From Squalus acanthias (Eukaryota): a stretch of 64,000 nt of DNA. This document shows, one piece after another, positions 25,051 to 37,231 of this stretch. The position numbers and the translations under genes are program-made. The notes under the pieces were generated by a model. It worked only from the letters and a program-made list of their open reading frames with translations. It was not told where the DNA came from and searched no databases. The stretch lies in assembly GCA_030390025.1 (NCBI GenBank), contig CM059433.1, positions 4,402,001 through 4,466,000 on the forward strand, in the 5' to 3' direction. The first letter of the stretch is position 1. Each line of letters begins with the position of its first letter.

Positions 25051-25797
25051 CAGAGAGTCATAGAGCACAGAAAGAGGCCCATCGGCCCATCGTGTCCACG
25101 CCGGCCATCAAGCCCTGTCTATTCTAATCCCATTTTCCAGCACTTGTATGCTATGGCGTTTCAAGTGCTCATCTAAATGCTTCTTGAATGTTGTGAGGGT
25201 TCCTGCCTCTACCACCCTTTCAGGCAGTGAGTTCCAGATTCCAACCACCTTCTGGGTGAAGAAGTTTTTCCTCAAATCCCCTCTAAACCTCCTGCCCCTT
25301 ACCTTGAAACTATGCCCCCTGGTTATTGACCCCTCTACTAAGGGGAAAAGTTCCTTTCTATCTACCCTATCTATGCCCCTCATAATTTTGTACACCTCAA
25401 TCAGGTCTCCCCCCCTCAGCCTTCTCTGCTCTAAGGAAAACAACCCCAGCCTGTCCAGTCTCTCTTCATAGCTGAAGCGCTCCAGCCCAGGTAACATCCT
25501 GGTGAATCTCCTCTGCACCCTCTCCAATGCAATCACATCCTTCCTATAGTGTGGCGACCAGAACTGCACACAGTATTCTAGCTGTGGCCTAACTAGCGTT
25601 TTGTACAGCTCCATCATAACCTCCCTGCTCTTATATTCTATGCCTCGGCTAATGAAGGCAAGTATCCCATATGCCTTTTTAACCACCTTATCTACCTGTC
25701 CTGCTGCCTTCAGGGATCTATGTACATGCACACCAAGGTCCCTCTGATCCTCTGTCCTTCCTAGGGTCCTACCATTCATTGTGTATTCCCTTGCCTT
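25051..25797 (-). mobile_element. CR1 3' fragment with open 223-aa ORF
   Basis: ORF 25108-25779 RDLGVHVHRSLK...RPQLEYCVQFWSP...WNSLPERVV. Confidence 0.92.
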
Positions 25798-25845
25798 GTT
25801 GTGGGTTCAAAATCCAGGCAGACACTCTAGTGCAACACTGAGGGA

Positions 25846-26858
25846 TCCGCAGGGATCGGTGCTAGGACCCCAGCTATTCACAATATATATTAATGATCTA
25901 GACGAGGGAACTAGATGTAATATCTCCAAGTTTGCAGACGACACAAAGCTGGGTGGGCGTGTGTGCTGTGAGGAGGATGCCGAGAAACTCCAGTATGATT
26001 TAGACAGGCTGGGTGATTGGGCAGAAGCATGGCAAATGCAATACAATGTGGATAAATGCGAGGTTATCCACTTTGATGGCAAAAATGGAAGGCAGATTAT
26101 TATCTGAACGGCAATAGATTGGGAGAAGGGGAAGTGCAACGAGACCTGGGTGTCCTTGTGCACCAGTCGCTGAAGGTAAGCATGCAGGTGCAGCAGGTGG
26201 TTAAGAAGGCAAATGGTATGTTGGCCTTCGTAGCGACAGGGTTCGAGTACAGGAACAAGGATGTCTTGCTGCAGTTGTACAGAGCCTTGGTGAGACCACA
26301 TCTTGAGTACTGTGTGCAGTTTTGGTCGCCTTATCTGAGGAAGGATGTTCTTGCCATGGAGGGAGTGCAGCGAAGATTCACCAGACTGATACCTGGGATG
26401 GCAGGAATGACATATGAGGAGAGATTGGGTCGATTGGGCTTCTACTCACTGGAGTTTAGAAGAATGAGAGGGGATCTCATTGAAACTTATAAAATTCTAA
26501 CAGGACTAGACAGACTAGATGCAGGAAGGATGTTCCCGATGGCGGGGAGTCCAGAACCAGGGGTCACAGTCTAAGGATAAGGGGTAAGCCATTTAGGACA
26601 GAGATGAGGAGGAATTTCTTCACCCAGAGAGTGGTGAACCTGTGGAATTCTCTACCACAGAAGGCAGTAGAGGCCAACTCATTAAATAGATTCAAGAAGG
26701 AGTTAGATATATTTCTTGAGGCTAAGGGGATCAAGGGATATGGGGAGAAGGCAGGGACAGGGTACTAAATTTGGATGATCAGCCATGATCTCATTGAATG
26801 GCGGAGCAGGCTCGAGGGGCCGAATGGCCTACTGCTGCTCCTATCTTCTATGATTCTA
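25846..26858 (+). mobile_element. Young CR1 subfamily, 5'-truncated
   Basis: PQGSVLGP...ISKFADDTK motif, intact 3' tail; closely similar to 31606-32037 and 57355-58348. Confidence 0.93.
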
Positions 26859-28419
26859 GGTGCCGTCTTTCAGATGAGACATTAAACCGAGGCCCCATCT
26901 GCCCTCTCAGGTGAATGTAAATTATGCCATGGCACTATTTCAAAGAGCTGGTGACCTGGTCAACATTTATCCCTCAACCAACACCACTAAAAAATAGATT
27001 ATCTGGTCATTATCAGATTGCTGCTTGTGGGAGCCTGAAGTGTACAAATTGGCTGCCACGTTTCCTATATTACAGCAGTGATGACACTTCAAAAAGTACT
27101 ATATTTTAGGATGTCCTGCCAAAACACACCAAACGCAAGCTACACAGTCCTTATTCGCTGTCCTCCCCCACCACATATTTAAATGCAAGTCTTTATTTCT
27201 TCATAGACCATCAGTATATCTACATTTCCTGCCAAATATGACAGGATTGAAAAGGTGTCTTTCGACTCGACAGTACGGAGTTCTAACATTTGGTCACCCA
27301 TCTCCTGTGCCTTGTTATCTAGAAGCTGAGGCTGAAATGTATTTATCCACAGCGCTAAGGCGGCAATACTTTCTATGTCTTTCTTGGAAGAATGTTGTTA
27401 TCTTTATCCCTACAAGTTCCCACGATAAAGTAAAATGTTTTTCAGTTGTTGGCTAATGCTCAATAATGACCATGAAAATCTCAGGATTATTAATAAGGTG
27501 AATAACACATCTTGTAACTACAATGGCTCATCATTTCGAAGGCAGTTATCAGGTACAACTGTTTCACCCTAGTGATAGTCGAATATTTGTGATTAGAAAA
27601 ACATTGTCATTTTTAATAAAAATTTAACAAAGTATGAAAGGATAACTATTAAGAACAGAGTTGGTCTTTAGAAGCCTCTCTCACAATGCCACATTTATGT
27701 CAGTGGTATAGCACAAGACTATTAATAGATTTTGCATACACTATACAGCTGCTTAAGACATTAAAAGCAATGCAAAAGATGTCAAATGCAAGCTACCAAG
27801 TCCTTACTCACCGTCCTCCCCAACACACATTTCCAGCAGTTTCTCACCTCTCCCAAAGATACGATCAGCAACATTGAACACAATTTCTTTCTTTCAGTTG
27901 AATGGCATGTATGTACTCGTATGAAAAAGCATTCAGCAAACTTTATTTCATTTGGAGAGATTTATACATCACTTTCATCGCAATGACATCATGTATAAAT
28001 GAGGTGATGATCCAGTTTAGATCCATCACAAACAAATGAGAAAAAGTTACTAAGTACATGTTCATGAAGACAACATCCCTTTAAATCGTCTATTCACTAT
28101 TAGTAATTTTTGGTTTCCAGCTCCTTGTCCTTCGCTGCTCCCCCAGTGGTTCACTTAAATTTTGAATTCAGCTACACAGGCCAGGAAGGCCCCAATATTC
28201 AGGTCCAATTAATGGTCTATGCTCAATTAGCTGAACTCTGCTTCAATGGTGCTGGCACCAGTACCATTGGCCCAGGGGAGATGGGATAGAAACAAATGGC
28301 CTTGGATCCCACTCCTGATTATTTTCCAAAGACTCACACTGGAAGTACAGGTGTGTGAACATCAAACCAGATAATCCATCATCAAGAAAGACTAATTGTG
28401 TGAGATGCTAGAAGGCTAC

Positions 28420-28880
28420 TACCCCCAACGCAATAATTCCCTACCCAACACCATCATTTTTTTTTTTTATTCGCTCCTGGGATGTGGGCATCGCTGGCAA
28501 GGCCAGCATTTATTGCCCATCCCTAGTTGCCCTTGACAAGGTGGTGGTGAGCCACCTTCTTGAACCGCTGCAGTCCGTGTGGTGAGGTTAGGGAGGGAGT
28601 TCCAGGATTTTGACCCAGTGACGATGAAGGAACGGCCGATATATTTCCAAGTCAGGATGGTGTGTGACTTGGAGGGGAACTTGGAGGTGATGGAGTTCCC
28701 AAGCGTCTGCTGCCCTTGTCCCTCTAGATGTTAGAGGTCACGGGTTTGGGAGCACCATCACCACAAGGGCTTCAGCAGTTCAAGAAGGAGACCTACCACC
28801 ACATTCTCAGGGCAACTAAAGGTGGGCAATAAATGCAGCCTTGCCAGCGCACCCATATCTCGTGAACAAGTTAAAGAAAA
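28420..28880. mobile_element. Two LINE 3' ends of one family in opposite orientation, the younger inserted in the older
   Basis: Minus copy ~28458-28752 (poly-T then ...GGCCAGCATTTATTGCCCATCCCTAGTTGCCC); plus copy continues to ~28880; CACCATCA repeated at both junctions. Confidence 0.65.
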
Positions 28881-30002
28881 CATAGCAGATCAAAGCTCCA
28901 TCATTGCAAAGTATGCCATCGGTCATACTTGTACAATAAAATCATCTTATGCACCACAGGCTGTGTACTTGGACATGAACTTTACTGAACCCAAGTCATC
29001 ACACTTCATTGTGCTCATCACTTGCTGTGTTGTATGAAAGTATGTCTTAGTTAAATGAAAATTTGACATTCTACCAAAAATGGAAATTAATCCAGTATTG
29101 AAGAATTTGGTGATCGGTATTAATTTGAACCTCGACATGCGTTCTCTGGTATTGCAGTGCTTAGCTAGGCTGCTGAATAAAATGCTAAGAATATACAAAA
29201 GCATGCACTTTTGAATCTTCTGGGCAGCAAGTTAACTGTTGAAGTGTAGGTTTGTGATACAGCACTCAACTTGCTGGTGCAAGGAATCTGGCCAAGAAAT
29301 GTATTGACGTGCCCCTTGCTGCTAGTCCCAAACGCAGCTCTCACTTGGCGCTGCCGCTTTGTTCCAGGAATAGGCTCTGTGCTGCAAGTGGAAATCTGAT
29401 GTTTTACAATAAATCAGGAATTCCCAAGCACAGCACAGAGTCCAATCCCAGAATGAAACAACAAAATCAGATACAAGCTGCAGTCTGGACCAGCAGTGAA
29501 AAAAGTGCATCAAGGATATGGAAGGGGGAGGTGAGGAAAGAGGAGAAGAGAGTGTTGGGTGGAGAGGAACAATGTCTCAGTGAATTGGGAAGAGAGTGTC
29601 TTTATGGGTGGGGGTGGGGGGGGGGGGAACAGTGGTCATTCAGATAGCTTTTGGTGAAGTGATGGCGTGGTTGGTCTGTTGAATAGGGAACATTTTTAAT
29701 ATAAAAATTCAGGGAACTTGCGCCAGACCCTCCCTAGAAACACACAGGATGCAGCCTATAAATGCAATGCTCGTGGGTATGGGGAAAGGGGAGGGACAGC
29801 ATTTGGAACAAGTGTGTACAATTTTAAATTTACGGTCTACAGCCCAAATATTTTTTCTAGTTTATTAAAGGGCAGATACAGATAAACGAGACAATGCCAC
29901 TTAGAGAAAATTCGCTAGTTCCAGCAAGTGTATCATTCACTAGTTGCCTTGATTTTCCAAATTAGATTTGTATCTGTACTTAAAATCTAAATTTCAGCTT
30001 AC

Positions 30003-30098
30003 CTTATTATCGGTTGTCTCTTGAACAAAAAATGCCTCTCCATTGTCTCCAAGCTTCATCTGCAGCTGTACAGGCTCTCCATTGATTTCTATATCCAC
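30003..30098 (-). CDS. LPIN1: Lipin-1 second coding exon (96 nt, N-LIP domain)
   Basis: tttttag|GTG...AAG|gtaagc; translates [32 protein letters not shown], phase 0-0. Absent from the ORF track. Confidence 0.97.
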
Positions 30099-31605
30099 CT
30101 AAAAATTGTTAAATATTTATTATGTATATGTCAAACCTACAGTTGCAAATGGCAACATTTCCAAATGAAAAACTCATATTCATTTCGCTTTTTGGACGCA
30201 CATTACTTCACATAAATTGTTCCTCTATGCACAAAGGTCTGAACAACAGGTTCTGCACTTCATAATACTCTAGATCACATTCACTATTCAGGTTACGTGA
30301 AATGCATATGGTGTTGTCTCATTTCAAATTGTACAAATCAATGCTGGCTTAAGACACGAAGAAAAACCCTATTTTGTCTATTGCTACAAGAGTCCCTAGC
30401 TATCCCACTGGTGCTAAGTTCTATTCCATTCATTGTACACTTACAATGTACTGTACATTTTTTGATCCGTGTCCATTATTTAACATTTAGCAGTGTTAAA
30501 TTCATTTGGAATTGATCCTGTAGATAATGAAATCTCTAATTATGTCTACAAAAATCAATGTTTCTTTTAGTTTTGGTAGGCTGTGTTCCATTAGAATGGA
30601 TAAAAATTGCTAGACTCATGCAAGTAAATACTTTAAACATTAAAAGCTCATCTTGAGCCAGGCTTCAGGTTGATGTTAGATAGGCAGTCCATTGATACAA
30701 CACATTAGTGCACCTCGGGGCAGTAGGAATCCAAGTTAAGTGCAGGATGGCACTGCTAGATTCCCAATAATCCACCTTGTTCCCCAACCTCAGAACAGCA
30801 CCCCTTACTACAACATAGGAGATTTGCATTTTCTACACCAGTCATCTTTGTGGTCTCTTATGTGGCACTGCCAACTTAGTGTCACTTGGTACTGAATGCT
30901 GGAAAGGGTAAGACTGTGGACAATCTCAATTCAGTTCCTATGAGCAATCCGTTTGAGAGTCCTCATTTAAATTAGGGTTCTCTAGTTATCAGGGAGAGGA
31001 GAATGTTCATTCCATTAGTCTTGGCTGAATTTAAACTCAGGACTTAAAAGTCAAAGGGTAACCCATGTGCCACACAGTCCTTGAGCAACTGTTGCTCGTT
31101 TTTGTTGCATTGACCTCAAGCATAAACATACAACTTGAAGTATACAATTTTTTACATACCTCCTATAGCTTTGGACTATCTAAAAAATAATTCTTGGCAG
31201 ATAACACTGGTCATAAAACTCTGAGAGCAGGAATATTTTAAACACAAGAATCCCGCTGTAGCTTTCTGTTCTCAAATAGCTAAATACAGCTGAGCAAACT
31301 AACATAGTTTGGATTTTAGATTAATTTAACCTAAATCAACCTTCACCCACTCACTTAACCTTCAGCTCCAGACTGCTGAAATTTCAGGCAAAAACTACAA
31401 GCTCAGCTTCAAATTGTTTAAGTAGGTGTGAATTCAGATTTCTTGCAGACATCAATCTTTAAAAAAAAAATTGAGTTAAACTTATCGGTGTGGCTCACTT
31501 CATCCTAATCAAGACTTTTCAGCTCGTTACCATGCTCATTTCAATAGATAATACCATTAGCTATTGAGGCTTTTAAAGAGCCAGATGACACAACAGCAGT
31601 AAAGG

Positions 31606-32037
31606 GTCGATTGGGCTTATACTCGCTGGAGTTTAGAAGAATGAGAGGGGATCTCATTGAACCTTAGAAAATTCTAACAGGACTAGACAGACTAGATGCA
31701 GGAAGGATGTTCCCGATGGCGGGGGAGTCCAGAACCAGGGGTCACAGTCTAAGGATAAGGGGTAAGCCATTTAGGACAGAAATGAGGAGGAATTTCTTCA
31801 CCCAGAGAGTGGTGAACCTGTGGAATTCTCTACCACAGAAGGCAGTAGAGGCCAATTCATTAAATAGATTCAAGAAGGAGTTGGATATATTTCTTAAGGC
31901 TAAAGGGATCAAGGGATATGGGGAGAAAGCAGGGACAGGGTACTGAGTTTGGATGATCAGCCATGATCTCATTAAATGGCGGAGCAGGCTCGAGGGCCCG
32001 AATGGCCTACTCCTGCTCCTATCTTCTATGATTCTAT
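31606..32037 (+). mobile_element. Young CR1 3' end
   Basis: ORF 31707-31946; nearly the same sequence as ~26430-26858. Confidence 0.92.
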
Positions 32038-32750
32038 AAAGGATGTGTGAAACCAACAGAAATTGGACTTTGTGCAAAATTGTGACAATATATTCCTTCT
32101 TGGGTAAATTCAGTGGCCCACAGTGTGTTACGAGTCCATCAGACGTCATTTAATTAACATTGATGCTCATTATGATGGATGTTTAGTGTTAATGGATAAA
32201 GCAATCATCCACTTATTCACCAAATTTTCCAACATTGTGTTTCCAGCAAAGCACTTTCCCCACCAGGGGAATTCAGACACGTGCTACGCATGATTTGCTG
32301 ACCATTTAGTTTAAATATCATGTGCAGCACACATCCATATTTCCAAACTACCCCTCCAGTAGGTGAGGCCCCCTAACAGGGAGAATAAAGTCAGAAAATT
32401 ACCCCTCTAACATCAGTACCAATACAGCACCAAACTCATTAAAACAATTCCAATGCACCACGAGCAATTAACCCTTGCCTTTGTAGTCTCTTGTGAGATT
32501 ACCAACTTTGTGCCATGGTCACTGTGATCTGGGTTGAGACAGCCCAAACTCATTTCATAAAGGGTTCTTACAGAGACACACAGACGACTTCCATCCCATC
32601 AGTCTGGGTTGGACTCAATTCTAGGCTCCAGCAGCACAAGGACAGTTTGCTAATCTACTGAGCCACCCGCTTCCCATCGTTACTCCCGTCACTACAAGGC
32701 AATTTGTTTGTCTTAACCTGTAATAAATTAAAGGGCTGTTGCTTACTTAC

Positions 32751-32942
32751 CACTTTTTCTCTGGAGCGGAGCACACCTAGTTTTCCAAAGCGAACGTGGA
32801 ATGGGGAGCACTGGAGACTTCCATCCGGCTGTTGAACAACAATGATATCGATGCAGCCGGATAAGGTGGCAGGATTTAATCCCTTGTAAAGCTCTTTCAC
32901 TGTGACAAACACTTGCCCAGCCAATTGCCCAACGTAATTCAT
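32751..32942 (-). CDS. LPIN1: Lipin-1 first coding exon (192 coding nt; exon begins at 32951)
   Basis: ttttgttttaaag|[76 protein letters not shown]|gtaagt. QVFVTV and GLNPAT favour LPIN1 over LPIN2. Confidence 0.98.
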
Positions 32943-33174
32943 GGTCTGTGTCTTTAAAACAAAAGAAGTAGTATTTACTTATAAAACTGTCCCATTCTAA
33001 TATATGAAAGTACCAGATAGGAAACATGTCATAACAATAATGTCAAATGTATTGAGATTAGAGACCGTGAAGTTCACACAAGGGAAGAGTATAGGAAAAT
33101 GAGATGCAAGTTTGCAGAATTGCTGTTTTGAAATGGAAATTTCGAGTGTGCTTTAAATGATATTAGAGCGAGAT

Positions 33175-33695
33175 GGTTAGACCACAATTAGAGTAGTGTG
33201 TACAATTATGGTCGCCATATTAGAAAAAGGATATAGAGGCACTACAGAGGATGATACCAGAAATGTGAGGGTATACCTATCAGGAAAGGATGAAGAAGCT
33301 GGGTCTCTTACCTCTTGAAAAGAGAAGGCTGAGGGTGATCTAATTGAGGTCTTTGAAATTATGAAAGGTTTTGATAGAGTGGATATAGTTGTGGGGAAGA
33401 GCAAAACTAGAGGCCATCAATATAAGAGAGTCACCAAGAAATCTAATAGGGAATTCAGAAGAAACTTCTTTACCCAGAGAGTGGTGAGAATGTGGAACTC
33501 GCTACCACAGGGAGTGGTTGAAGTGAATAGTATGGATGCATTTAAGGGGAGGTTGGACAAGCATATGAGGGAGAAGGGAATAGAGGGTTATGCTGATAGA
33601 TTTAGATGAGGAAAGACGGGAGGAGGCGCGAGTGGAGCATAAACGCCGGCATGGACTGGTTGGGCCGAACGGCCTGTTTCTGTGTAATCCTGTGA
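33175..33695 (+). mobile_element. CR1 3' fragment
   Basis: ORF 33361-33609 ...FFTQRVVRMWNSLPQGVV; tail GGGCCGAACGGCCTGTTTCTGTG. Confidence 0.88.
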
Positions 33696-34179
33696 TACAA
33701 CCTCTTGAATCTGAAATTTCATCACAGCTCAACTCCTACAGGGGTCTTGCATTTTTCACTGTCTATACATAACCATTTTGTCTAGAGATGAGAGTCTTTG
33801 CATTCATTCTGAATAAAGGTAAAGGAATGGCTGCGAGAGCCACCTGTGAATCCAAATATATCGCCCTCTCCGAACAGGTCCGTATGTTTAATCTAAAAGG
33901 AAACAGGATCACCACACTAGAAATATTTACAGGAAGTAAATGTGAATCGACTATTTTTGAATCAAATAATTTGCTTTCTGTTTTTAAATTCTGATTAATT
34001 TTGTGAATGATGCAACATCATAGGTGGCATTTATTAAATAATTGTTCAATCAAATGTTGCCAAAATGATTTCATCCGGTTGTTGGAATTTCTTGACAAAA
34101 TATTGATTGCTTTCATTGACATGGCGTCACCAAATTCTAAATCCTAATGGCTAAATGAATCAAGGAACCGTTATAAAAA

Positions 34180-34990
34180 TAGAAAACACTCAGCAGGTCA
34201 GGCAGCATGAAATCTTGTTTTTGGCAAAGATAAGAAACTCCAGGATTTTACTAACCAACAATATGCTGATGGAGTAGAAGAACTACATGTAAATAGGCAA
34301 TGATGAAAGGTCATCGACCTGAAGTGTTAACTTTGTTTCTCTCTCCACAGATGCAAAACAAAAATAAAAAATCATGGGATGAGGAAAGATCATTTAGGCC
34401 ATTGGATGTGTTCCTTCAACAGACCCCCATACAATCTGCTCCATCAGGGACTCCACCCAACCCGTGCAACCTCCTGACATTTTACATTATCTATCCCGGA
34501 CCTGTCCCTTCCTTGCTGCATCTTCTTCATCTTACCCCATAAGCTTGCCATTCCGGCTCCCAAACCATCATCCCACCCATGATCAAGCGACCTTCTCAGA
34601 GTAACAGAAAATTCTAGAAATACACAACAGGGCATCGAAATGAAAAAATAGGCCGCAGCCTTCCAGGTGGATGCCCTTCATCAGAACTCCTAAAATAAAG
34701 ATTCTCTTTCCAACTTGTCACACGTCTTTCCAATATTAAGGACCCTTCCGTCTCACTGCTTGCTCCCTCACTGTTGCACTTTCCCTTTATTACTGACACT
34801 TTCTGACCCAGTCTTGAACATTACCATCTCCATCTGGTCCCCCCTGGTCCTCCCCCACTTTATCAGCCTCTTCTCTACCTCCCATCTTATTTTTTCCCCC
34901 CCTCCTACTTAGTTCCAACACATTTTTCCCCCTATTGTGAACACTTTTCAGCACTGTTTGCCTGTTCGAAAATGGATTATTTTGGAAGGC
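34180..34990. mobile_element. Decayed Penelope-like remnants with degenerate hammerhead cores
   Basis: ATGATGA-AA-GGTC(ATC)GACC-T-GAAG at ~34300-34324 (+) and CTGATGA..GGAA at ~34660-34685 (-); CTCAGCAGGTCAGGCAGCAT at ~34189. Confidence 0.45.
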
Positions 34991-36227
34991 GAGCAGCACA
35001 TCTGTTTTTGCGGTGGAAGTATTTGGTCATGTTTCTACAGATGTCTAGATGTTCTTTGAACTATCTGGATGACACATTACAATTGCCTATAACTGATGGA
35101 ATGTTTTTGAAAACTTTTCATGATCTTGGGGGGCTTGTCTTATCCAAAACTGAATCAAATATCCAAAAGCCTACATGCATGTAGAAACTTGTCCCAGGAC
35201 AAAAGATTAGTATGATGTTTCAACTGAGAGCTAGTTTGAAAAAGATTGATGTTTTGTTCTGGCTAAATGCGTATTTTACACTTGCATGCACAAGTACACC
35301 AACATTTATCAGTTTTTAATTTTTTTCCTTCCTGATAACTTTCTCCCCTCTTGACTCCTCACTGGTGTACAGATACATGCACACTGAGAATCCTCCACCT
35401 CATTATAGTAACAAGTCATCAGTTTCCATTTAAGTGTTCGCCACAAGGACCACACAATATGATGTAAACGGGGTTTTCCATTGTGCGCCTGCGGTCCTCA
35501 CACAGCATCAAACAGAAATCCTGGGGAACTCTTCAATAAATGGAAATCCGACTACTTGTCCAAAACACCGGGAGCAGAGTAAATGATATTATAATTATGT
35601 AGTGGGCAATTTTCAATTCACATGGAGTCAGCAGATTCAGCGATGTAAGCCAGAGCAATGCACTTTGTCTTATACGAGATCATGTCAGAAATGTGGGTTA
35701 GTCATAGCGTGAGATTTACGTGGAGATAGCCGAGATATTTCAAAGTACCGTCAGCTGCATAAGACCCATCAGATACAAGAGATACAATTTCACGGATTTA
35801 TTTTAGGCCCTATGGCCTTCTATGGCTTCATGTCCCTCTGCGCCATATCGTCTTTTACCACAATATATACACACTGGAGTTTAATTCTTTTTCAACACTT
35901 TGTTTATACTGTGTGTACCTGTGGTGTGCACTCATGATTTGTTTTGTTACACTATGATGTGTGTGTGTGTGTGTGTGTGTGAGGCACCTTCTTGGCTTGA
36001 GATCTATGTATCACATAAACGTAGTATTGCACTCAATGAACTGGATGAATTGAAGGTGGGGGGAGAAAGTGAATAGATTTTTTAGCAGAGAAAGCAATTG
36101 TATTTGACAGCCAGAATACAGCATCATAATGTGTGAACTCTGGGACTGCCCAGGTGGAGCACAATAGTCTGTTCTGGTCTGGTGCATTTCTGTGTTCCAG
36201 ATACTACAACCATAGTATAAACACAAC

Positions 36228-37231
36228 GGGGATTATTTTGGGGAAAGGGTGAAAACAGGCACCAAGTGGGTGCTGTGCTAATAGGACACACCTATCTGAA
36301 AGTCTGGTTTTAGCCCACAATTTTGGGGCTAATTGGTGATCATCACGATTTGAACGTGCCTGCAGGCTTTAAAACGGACACCTGCAGGTTTAGCACTCAA
36401 ACGCTGATTAAAATCAATTTTCGTGGAGCTGTATATGCCGCCTCCTTGCACCCACTTCCACTGAAGGTCTGGAGCGTGCTGGCTGGCACACAGTGGCACG
36501 GTGCAGGGTGGCTCAGGGACCGAGGGAGAGGGCACACAGGTTCTCGGACATGGCACTGGAGGTCCTGGTGGAGAGGGTCCAGAGGAGGAGGGATGTCCTG
36601 TACCCGCAGGGGGGGAAGGAGTCCACCTCGCCCTCCTGTCCCTCTCTCCTGCAGCAGCTGGTGCTGCTCTGCCTGGCCTCATCTCCTCCTCCCATTCCTC
36701 ATCCAGACCAAGGGGGACCCCGAGCAAGATGCCGGTGACCAAGCCCTCCCTTTCTCCAGGTGACGTCAGTAAGGTAGAGTGGCCCAGCACTCACTCTCGT
36801 TGGGTGAAGTCTTCAGAGAATTTCCAGAAAAAAAATGTTGATAGAATGTTGGTGAAGTCTTGACAAACTGTCCCAGGAAGTCTCAAAAGTCCTCTTCAGA
36901 CCTCCAGCAGCAAGTGAAGAGTGAAAGCTGAGCATGCTCAAAATCTTCAGCAACGACTTATTTACTCCTGTTCAGCTGGTCGCTGTTAGGAGAGGGCGTT
37001 AGTTGAAGCGCTAGCCATCAAAATGCTGTGCAGCCTCTTTAATGAGCGCTAGCAGGCAATTTAAGTGGCAATCAGCTGCTTAACAATCCTCGGGGCGGCC
37101 GTTCCTAGCGCGCGCTTCAACTCCTTTACCAAGATGGCGTCTTGCGCTAAACCGGCGTTGCAGCTCTCGACCCCACCTTGGCCACCTCGGAGGCTCTTTA
37201 GCACCTAAAGTATCCAGGGAAAATCACCCCC
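36228..37231. mobile_element. PIF/Harbinger internal-deletion derivative
   Basis: AAC TSD on both flanks, imperfect GGGG..ATTTT TIRs; + strand Myb/SANT-like start RERAHRFSDMALEVLVERVQRRRDVLYP (ORF 36493-36738). Confidence 0.7.

Larger units (their letters stand above)
25004..27195 (+). mobile_element. Deu-type SINE split into three pieces by two CR1 insertions
   Basis: Pieces ~25004-25050, ~25798-25845 and ~26859-27195 join into a sequence colinear with 3218-3657. Confidence 0.7.
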
